Shown here: positions 57,298 to 64,000 of the stretch, one piece after another
Layout of the letters: every line of letters starts with the position of its first letter
How positions within the stretch are numbered: position 1 is the stretch's first letter
Virus record (IMG/VR): IMGVR_UViG_3300020179_000005
Coordinates: 145,702-209,701 of that record
Reading direction: 5' to 3' (one strand)
DNA: 64,000 nt
The notes under the pieces: model-generated
What the model was told of the DNA's origin: nothing
The model's database searches: none
Seen by the model: the letters and a program-made list of their open reading frames with translations, nothing else
Program-made: the position numbers and the translations under genes

Positions 57298-57580
57298 GAA
57301 AAGGTTTAGTCCAGAAGAACTCGATGCGCGTTTAAAATTTGTAGTTGGTTGCGTTCTTGCGGGAGTGTTGGCAATGACAACTGCTGGAGTGCTGTATGCA
57401 TTGGTGTTTGTTACTCAACCTATAGGTGTTCAATCAGAGAATGATAAAATGTTTTTTGGCGTGCTCTCAAGTGTTGCCACATTCATTACCGGTACGCTCG
57501 CTGGGTTGATGATCTCAACAGGAAGAAATAAGCACGAGGAGACCGAGACGACCACCGAAGATGGCGATCAGCAACCATGA
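57287..57580 (+). CDS. two-TM membrane protein (holin-like)
   Basis: GGAGG SD before ATG 57287; two TM segments. Confidence 0.6.
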   Translation: MRNKKRFSPEELDARLKFVVGCVLAGVLAMTTAGVLYALVFVTQPIGVQSENDKMFFGVLSSVATFITGTLAGLMISTGRNKHEETETTTEDGDQQP

Positions 57581-58272
57581 CGCAGGGGTATGTCACCGGC
57601 ATAGACGTGTCTGAGTACCAGGGGGAAATAGCCTGGAAGAAGGTCGCCTCGTTCGGGTTTGATTTTGCATACATCAGAAGCAACGTGGGCACCAAGCAGG
57701 ATTCCATGCTTGAGTACAACTCGAAGCGCGTAGCGAACAACAAGATACCGTTCGGCTACTACGTGTACGTGAAACCAGAACTTGACGCCGAGGAGCAGAT
57801 ATCAATTCTTCTCGACGCACACCGCAAGTACGGGGCGAACCTCGCTCCACAGATAGACGTAGAGCACCACGGCGACCTTCACCCAAGGCATGTGAGGAAA
57901 TCCGTTGACCACATCATAAAGCGTGCGACCGAAGCACTCGGGAGACCCCCGACGGTGTACAGCGGCGATTGGTTCTGGAATTCGAGAGTCAAGTCGCGCA
58001 AGCACGGCAACTGCCCGCTATGGGTGGCGAAATACGTCCAGTACTCGCATAAGCAATTTGAGCAGAATAGTGTGCCGATGAACCCCGCCGACTGGGTCGA
58101 TTGGGCATTATCTTTTGAACAGCCCAAACCACTGATGGGCTGGAAGGATTGGGACATATGGCAGTTCGCCGCTGGGTATAACAACTGCGGCAAGCGATAC
58201 GGAATGGTCTCCAACGACCTTGATTTGAACATCATGAAGGCAGAATGCATGGCAAGGCTCAAGCTCGACTGA
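57577..58272 (+). CDS. GH25 muramidase (endolysin)
   Basis: GIDVSEYQG, FAYIR, GYYVY, IDVE, TVYSG, PLWVAKY, WDIWQF. Confidence 0.9.
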   Translation: MTQGYVTGIDVSEYQGEIAWKKVASFGFDFAYIRSNVGTKQDSMLEYNSKRVANNKIPFGYYVYVKPELDAEEQISILLDAHRKYGANLAPQIDVEHHGDLHPRHVRKSVDHIIKRATEALGRPPTVYSGDWFWNSRVKSRKHGNCPLWVAKYVQYSHKQFEQNSVPMNPADWVDWALSFEQPKPLMGWKDWDIWQFAAGYNNCGKRYGMVSNDLDLNIMKAECMARLKLD

Positions 58273-58363
58273 GCCCGAGAACATTAGCCGGCCTAATGAT
58301 TTCGACAGGCCGCAATAAACATGACGATGAACCTGAAAGTGATGCTAGCTAACTAGTTTTTTA

Positions 58364-59016
58364 TTAATCTCTTTCTTTAAATCTATAAAAGTAGAGTTCT
58401 TCATCAGAATCTGCAACCCAGCGTGAACCAGTGTGCTCGCATGAAAATTCGCGTGAGAATATAAGCCAATCTGGTCTGTCGAGCTTCTTTGTAATCCAAC
58501 TTCCGTCCGGTCCATCCAAAGCACACGGTTGTTTGGTTGTATGAAAAACTGTCCACCCTCGCCCTCGAACACATGCCCACACTTGTGGCCTGCGGCGTAC
58601 TCACCGTAGCCCGCCTGATATTGAGGACCCATGCACCAATCAAGCGTAAACATATATTTGGCTTTATGCTGCGTGTGATCCTTAAGCCATATCATGGCAC
58701 CACGATTCTTGCAGTAGTCAATAATATTTACCGATGCATAATAAGAAATAGAATCCCACAGCTGTATCCAGTCCAACGGAAAAGCAGTTGGGGTATCAAC
58801 CCACAGGCTGGTTAAATATTGAATCGGCACTCTTGCGTGCTGACTACCGTACTCGGTCATAACGCTGAATAGCCCGCAGCGTTGCGGTATTGAAGTGTAC
58901 ATAAATACTTCTACGGGAATGCGCTCGTTAGTTGGGTTCGGATCCTCATCATAAAGAAACGCTTTGTCCATGCCCGCATAAAACGTTGGTATATTTACAT
59001 TAAGATAATTGCTCAT
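58364..59016 (-). pseudogene. phage protein gene with apparent frameshift near 58505
   Basis: The protein-like reading continues in another frame (...NRVLWMD / GSWITKKLDRPDW...ELYFYRFKERD). The junction contains a GGAC-C-GGAC duplication. Confidence 0.55.
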
Positions 59017-59258
59017 TCCAATACCATTGATTATTTAATTCCGGATCGTAGATATATTCTTGTGGATTTTCTGAATCATATACATTTGGTTCCATAAATT
59101 AATTCTTTGTTGTCAAACTGTATATATCTAATAAAATATTTTCGACTTCTTCATAAGAAAATAATTGTCTTTCAGCCGTAGATATTTCAGTTAAAAAATT
59201 CTCTACGGACAATTTGATCTCATCAATCTTATCATCATTTTTACTACGAAACAATATT

Positions 59259-62000
59259 TTACTCACTGTCGTTTTTTAATACTTCATGAATGTAATGAAC
59301 ACCTAGGGCTACAACCGTGGCGATGATAGCCATCTTTCTTGTCTCGCCAGACAATGTAACAAACATTACAAAGCTACCAGCCAATGTGAAAGCCAATCCG
59401 GCTGTGGTCTCCCATACCTTTTTACCCAATCCAAACCAATTCATTTTTTTCATTTCTATACCCCCTTCTGTATAGTAATTAAATATACTGTTTCTTGTCA
59501 AAACAATATCTTCTTCGTCGCCTTCTGGACCCTCTATTCCACCACCCTCTTCCTCTTCTTCTTCTAGTTCTTCTTCCTTTCTAGCAGCGTCTCCAGAGCC
59601 CCCAGAAGCTTGACCCCCACCAGGACTACCCCCACCACCTGAAGACCCACCAGAAGGGCTCCTAGAGCCTCCAGAAGGCCCTGTAGAAGCCGCTGCGGTG
59701 CCTATTGTGGATATTACGGTGGCAGCTGCTATGATCGTTCTGCGATCCCCTACGTCTATGCTAGAGCCGGTTGGCACATACTCATCAAAGCCTTCTCCGT
59801 ATATATTAATTTCTTCTTCAAAAGCTTCTTTAATTTCTTCTGGTGCTTCGGTCAAAGCCTCTGACAATTCAGACTTTTGTTCTTCAGTAAAAAGCTCTGG
59901 CTCTATAGCAGCGAATACTTCTTGAGCAGTTTCTGTAGAAACATTATCAAAGTTTTCATTTAAAATAATAGCTACGGCTACAGCTGCGGCTATAGGTTCA
60001 TCATCTTTTTTAGTCAACGCCTCAATAACATTGCTTAGACCCTCAGTGCTTTTAACTGATTCAATAAGTTCTGTTGTTTTTTCTTCCGAAAGTTCTTCTA
60101 AAACTTCAGCCAATTTGTCCGGTTCAACTTGTTCCATTATTTCCGCAAGCTCTTCTGAACTAGCTTCATCTATTGCGTTCAAAACTTCTTCAGTTGTTGC
60201 GTCTTTTTCTATTACTACTTCATCTTGTGATGATTCTGTTTCTTCTTGTGTGGATTCTTCTTGGTCTGTTTCTTCTTGCTGCTGTTCTTCTTCTGGGGAT
60301 TGCTCTGGCTCATCAGGAAGAGTCGTCGGAGTTGTTTCAGGCTCCTCAGGCTGAGGTTCCTTTTCCTCCTCAGGAATAGTAGTTTTTGGAACTGTAGTAG
60401 TAGTAGTAGTAGTTTCTTCTGGTTCAGGAAGAGTTGTTGTTGTAGTTGTTTCTGGAACAGTAGTTGTAGTGGTTTCCGGAACAGTTGTTGTTGTTGCGGG
60501 CGGAACGTAGACAGTTGTAGTGGTAGTCGTTTCTGGCGGAACATAGACAGTTGTGGTAGTTGTTGTTGCGGGCGGAACGTAAACGGTTGTTGTAGTTGTC
60601 GTTGTTGTAGTAGTCGTGGTTGTCGTCGGCGGAATCGTAGTTGTGGTCGTCGTTGTCGGCGGAACCGTAGTTGTCGTGGGCGGCAGCGTGGTTGTCGTGG
60701 TTGTCGTTGTCGTAGAGGTGGTTGTCGTGGTTGTCGTTGTCGTAGAGGTGGTTGTCGTGGTTGTCGTGGAGACTGGGTTTGGATCAACGACGCTTGCGAC
60801 AGATGTTGAGTCGCTGATGCGCAGCATGTCGACAAAGTAGATGTCGCCGCCGCCTGAGGGAAGTGTGAAGCTCAAGATGATCTTGCCGTTGCCGTTGAAA
60901 TAGATCTCTTTGTAATAGCCAGGAGCCTGGCAGGTTGAGCAGCCGGAGGTAAGAACCGAGTGGCTGATCGTAAATGACGCTGTTGTGTTGTCGGCGTATG
61001 TGACGGTGCCTGTCTCGTTGCCGTTCTTTGCACCAACGCGGAAGTAAAAGCTTCGAGGATTCAACGACGACGGAAGCGTAAATACGGCAGGCTGTGACGG
61101 ATAATTTGCGTAGATTGCGTAACCTTGCGTGCCGTAGCCGTTGCTCAGGTTCGCGTAGTACCAACCGCCTTGGTTCGATGTCGTCAGGTTGCTGTTGTTG
61201 ACAGTGACGGTAAGACCAGTAAGCGTTGGCCCGGGACCCTCGAATTGCTCTGTTGTCTCTGTGCCTTGACCCGCGGCGGGGATTGTCGTTGTCGTTGTTG
61301 TGGTTGTGGTAGGAGGAACGGTGGTTGTCGTTGTCGTTGTCGTTGTTGATGTGGTTGTTGTTGTTGGAGGGTTGTTGATCTCAACGGCAGACGATGATCC
61401 AATGCAGGGTTGGTGTCCAGAGTTAGCTGAGCATGTCTGCCAACCGAGAGAAGATGTCCAGCCAGTGTTTGATGTAAACGAGCCGTTCGTAAGAAGCTCG
61501 GTGCCGTCGAGAGTCAGCGACGCGGATTCGACCTGGGCGCCGTAGTTACCGGCCCAGAACTCTCCGTCTCGACCGATGATAAAGATACGAGCGGTGACGA
61601 CGCTGTTCCAGCCAGCGCCAACGCCGGCTGCGGTGACAGAGACGCTGTAGCTGTTGAATGTTCCTCCGTCGGTGAGAGTGATGAACCCGGTGCTGTGCGA
61701 ATAGATGCCACCTCCGCCGGCGCCAAGAAGCTCGATGCCAACAGCTACGGTGTCGGACGACACCTTCCAGTCCTGCACCTCTGCAGCCGAGATGGTCGCC
61801 GTCAGCGTGCTCGCCGAGGCGACGCTCGCCGAGATGTTTACGTCCTGCGAAACGACCGCCTGCTGCCAGGCGAACACGAGCTTGCCGTCGCCTGACGCGC
61901 GAACAGGGTTAGGGACGACCAGCGCCACGACGAGCGACAGCGAGTAGGCGAGTGCGGGCAGGAACGCAAGCCATCTATTGCGCAAAAATAGTCTTGGCAT
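59259..62000 (-). CDS. large secreted/membrane-anchored Thr-rich surface-like protein
   Basis: Signal peptide, beta-rich N-domains, poly-Thr and VYVPP repeats, acidic helical region, Gly/Ser linker, two C-terminal TM segments. Confidence 0.85.
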   Translation of the reverse strand: MPRLFLRNRWLAFLPALAYSLSLVVALVVPNPVRASGDGKLVFAWQQAVVSQDVNISASVASASTLTATISAAEVQDWKVSSDTVAVGIELLGAGGGGIYSHSTGFITLTDGGTFNSYSVSVTAAGVGAGWNSVVTARIFIIGRDGEFWAGNYGAQVESASLTLDGTELLTNGSFTSNTGWTSSLGWQTCSANSGHQPCIGSSSAVEINNPPTTTTTSTTTTTTTTTVPPTTTTTTTTTIPAAGQGTETTEQFEGPGPTLTGLTVTVNNSNLTTSNQGGWYYANLSNGYGTQGYAIYANYPSQPAVFTLPSSLNPRSFYFRVGAKNGNETGTVTYADNTTASFTISHSVLTSGCSTCQAPGYYKEIYFNGNGKIILSFTLPSGGGDIYFVDMLRISDSTSVASVVDPNPVSTTTTTTTSTTTTTTTTTSTTTTTTTTTLPPTTTTVPPTTTTTTTIPPTTTTTTTTTTTTTTVYVPPATTTTTTVYVPPETTTTTTVYVPPATTTTVPETTTTTVPETTTTTTLPEPEETTTTTTTVPKTTIPEEEKEPQPEEPETTPTTLPDEPEQSPEEEQQQEETDQEESTQEETESSQDEVVIEKDATTEEVLNAIDEASSEELAEIMEQVEPDKLAEVLEELSEEKTTELIESVKSTEGLSNVIEALTKKDDEPIAAAVAVAIILNENFDNVSTETAQEVFAAIEPELFTEEQKSELSEALTEAPEEIKEAFEEEINIYGEGFDEYVPTGSSIDVGDRRTIIAAATVISTIGTAAASTGPSGGSRSPSGGSSGGGGSPGGGQASGGSGDAARKEEELEEEEEEGGGIEGPEGDEEDIVLTRNSIFNYYTEGGIEMKKMNWFGLGKKVWETTAGLAFTLAGSFVMFVTLSGETRKMAIIATVVALGVHYIHEVLKNDSE
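60420..60775. repeat. coding tandem repeats (poly-Thr, PPTTTT, VYVPP units)
   Basis: Repeated GTTGTCGTG and GGCGGAAC units. Confidence 0.8.
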
Positions 62001-62053
62001 CTAGCCGCACCCCCCGGTATAGTTAGGCTAGACTAATAGTAATAAAAAAATAG

Positions 62054-62085
62054 AGTGAAGCGCATCCCGGGACACGCTTCACTCT
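62054..62085. terminator. hairpin between methyltransferase and surface-protein genes
   Basis: GAGTGAAGCG pairs with CGCTTCACTC. Confidence 0.5.
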
Positions 62086-62667
62086 TCATGTTTGCGGTTT
62101 AACCGCATCAATTTTCAATAAATAGTCTTCGTGGATTATGGGTTTAGAAGCATCGACTTTTAGCCAACCCCATTCCTCTCCTGATTTTACATCAACAATT
62201 TCAAAACCCAACTTTTGAAAATCGTCTACCAACATTCTACTTGTGAATCCAACAAAATGAAAATCATGAGGGTTTATTTGCTCTGCAAAAAATATTTGCT
62301 GCATAGCTCTATCTCCTTCTAGTGAATCCATTGTCAATATTTGTCTACATGCGCCAAGAAAATCTGGAACTTCAATCCTTATCATTCCACCTGGTTTTAA
62401 TATCCTACACCATTCCTGTAAAGCTTTAGGATATTCTCTCCATGGAAAATGTTCTAAACATTCAGAGCTAAATACTACATCAGCGTAGTTATCTTGAAGG
62501 GGTATTTTTCTTGCATCACAAACAATATCAACAGGATGCCATGTATTATCCGCAGAGTATAATGGAAATGGATCAATATCAACATGAGTCCAATCAGGTC
62601 CAAGATACGTCCTCGTTCCTATAACCACTTTAATCCCAGAACCCTTTGGTATTGTTTCTAATCTCAT
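62086..62667 (-). CDS. class I SAM-dependent methyltransferase (Methyltransf_11-like)
   Basis: WTHVDID, IVCDARKIP, FSSECLEHF, EWCRILKPGG.I.I.VPD. Confidence 0.85.
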   Translation of the reverse strand: MRLETIPKGSGIKVVIGTRTYLGPDWTHVDIDPFPLYSADNTWHPVDIVCDARKIPLQDNYADVVFSSECLEHFPWREYPKALQEWCRILKPGGMIRIEVPDFLGACRQILTMDSLEGDRAMQQIFFAEQINPHDFHFVGFTSRMLVDDFQKLGFEIVDVKSGEEWGWLKVDASKPIIHEDYLLKIDAVKPQT

Positions 62668-62679
62668 ATTATTCTTCCT

Positions 62680-63450
62680 CTACTCAATAAAATCAGTTGT
62701 TATTACATGGCCAACTATGTGTTCTTTTGGTGGAAGCTGTTTTCTAACCAATATTCTTTGCACCCACCTATCAGTTCCATCATACTTGGGCTGAAATGGT
62801 TTGCGACCATGTACGGTTTTATTATTATCTATAACCAAAAGATCACCAGTCTCTAAAACAATTTCTTGTACACATTTAGAAACCGCTTCAGCAAATTTGT
62901 CTATAGCCATACTGGCTAATATATTTGTTGGCTTCATAAGATCTTCATCATAGGTCATGTTGTATTCACTGCCTATTTTTTTAAGTATCTGAAGTGTTGT
63001 TTGTCTGTATTTTTTACCTGGAAGTTGAAAGCTTTTGTCAACAGAAGTTGTGTAAGCTGGATCCTGAAGATACTGAAGCATTTCGTTGCTTAACTGACAA
63101 ACTATGTCTTCTACATTTGCGTAGGTTGTAACCGCAGTGGGATCACCCCTAAGACAAAGAAGCATGACATAATCTGGCTTATAAGGGTGAAAAGCCGCTT
63201 CGGTGTGCAACGCTAACTGAACCTTGGAAGAAGTAGATATCTGCATATACTCGGTTTTGTGAACGGGAACTATATTTTGTATCAACGCACCTGCTTGTTC
63301 TTGAACAAAACTTATTGGATAACCAAAAGAAAGCCCTTCAACTAAAAGTGTTTTACGAGCTTCTTCTAGTGCTGGAGAACTATAATATGGTTGAGCTGGC
63401 GTGCAAGGAACATCGCCTATTTTTACATGTTTAAATAATTGTACACCCAT
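62680..63450 (-). CDS. TauD/clavaminate-synthase-like Fe(II)/2OG dioxygenase
   Basis: LHTE (HxE), PDYVMLLCLRGD, GDLLVIDN..TVHGR, RWVQR. Confidence 0.88.
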   Translation of the reverse strand: MGVQLFKHVKIGDVPCTPAQPYYSSPALEEARKTLLVEGLSFGYPISFVQEQAGALIQNIVPVHKTEYMQISTSSKVQLALHTEAAFHPYKPDYVMLLCLRGDPTAVTTYANVEDIVCQLSNEMLQYLQDPAYTTSVDKSFQLPGKKYRQTTLQILKKIGSEYNMTYDEDLMKPTNILASMAIDKFAEAVSKCVQEIVLETGDLLVIDNNKTVHGRKPFQPKYDGTDRWVQRILVRKQLPPKEHIVGHVITTDFIE

Positions 63451-63459
63451 ACCTACACA

Positions 63460-63666
63460 TTATATCAGGCTTTTTAGGATCAAGAAGTATAGTTTTTGTA
63501 AATCTTGTGGTTGAATACTAAAAACATAATCTTTATCTGCGGCTTTAATGGTTACGCAATGAACATTCAGCAGGTCACCATTTGAAGTTATCGATGGAGT
63601 GGGCCTTGAAATACTAATATCAGTTATGGCTGGCATAAAGCCATCAAATACACCGTCTTCTGACAT
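63460..63666 (-). CDS. small hypothetical protein
   Basis: ORF in an operon-like run. Confidence 0.55.
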   Translation of the reverse strand: MSEDGVFDGFMPAITDISISRPTPSITSNGDLLNVHCVTIKAADKDYVFSIQPQDLQKLYFLILKSLI

Positions 63667-63678
63667 AGCTATATTATA

Positions 63679-63960
63679 TCACTTCTTTTTTTGTTTTTTA
63701 AACGTACTCACATTTCTTGGAGCCTGACCCTTAACTCCTTTTTGCGGAGTGCCAGAAGCTCTTTTCCTTTTTACTGCGCTTCTTTTTTGCGCAGCCGTCA
63801 TTCTTGCCGCTTTGGCCGCAGGCACGCACTTGGCGTATCCAGAACCACCTTTGCCAGAAGTTCCACAGGGCTGATACTTGCCCTTCTTTTTGGGCGCACC
63901 AATGTTAACCCACTTCTGATCAAACCACTTAGTGAGGCCAACGCCTTTAGGGCCTGGCAT
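63679..63960 (-). CDS. small basic phage protein
   Basis: GLTKWF..KWVNI..CG..KCVP. Confidence 0.6.
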   Translation of the reverse strand: MPGPKGVGLTKWFDQKWVNIGAPKKKGKYQPCGTSGKGGSGYAKCVPAAKAARMTAAQKRSAVKRKRASGTPQKGVKGQAPRNVSTFKKQKKK

Positions 63961-64000
63961 TATCTACTTCTTTTTTCTTTTTGAAGACTTACCAGATGAT

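Noticed and set aside
58283-58355. tmRNA-like fragment (GATTTCGAC followed by a short reading frame)
   Set aside because: No GGGG acceptor 5' end, no T-arm/CCA partner nearby, and no tag ending in the usual AA-type residues.
60420-60775. Non-coding repeat array or CRISPR in the GTTGTC repeats
   Set aside because: The repeats are in-frame Thr/Pro codons of the 913-aa minus-strand gene.

Overview
This window is a 64 kb non-structural segment of a large lytic tailed-phage genome. No capsid, terminase, rRNA or host housekeeping genes are recognisable. The host is most likely an actinobacterium (WhiB, actinobacterial-type ferredoxin, GH25 lysin, proteasome-beta-like gene); Acidimicrobiia is an inference. 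(1) 1-11.0 kb is a visibly GC-richer, all-plus-strand, early-looking region with its own recurring intergenic motifs, strong terminators, an 880-aa single-subunit two-barrel (YonO/cellular-RdRP-like) RNA polymerase candidate and a ~480-nt highly structured non-coding segment. (2) 11.1-26.5 kb has sigma70-type promoters, a second paralogous two-barrel polymerase, and a Nop-domain (IS110-related, nuclease-less) protein. That protein is followed by a 37-nt-period array with two variable 9-nt spacers per unit, which is TIGR-Tas architecture. This block also holds an SF2 helicase, WhiB, a subtilase and six tRNAs. (3) 31-48 kb is an AT-rich block encoding a ubiquitin-like conjugation and degradation gene set (three E2-like proteins, a RING-like protein, JAB, E1/ThiF, Ubl, AAA+ ATPase, proteasome-beta-like peptidase) plus SSB, UDG and KTSC. 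(4) 49.8-64 kb holds minus-strand enzyme-domain proteins, tRNA-Gly, ferredoxin, a membrane/OmpA-like pair, a lysis cassette, a Thr-rich surface protein, a methyltransferase and a TauD-like dioxygenase. All protein calls come from motif recognition by eye; no database search was run. Several starts were moved from the ORF track to the codon following a clear Shine-Dalgarno sequence.
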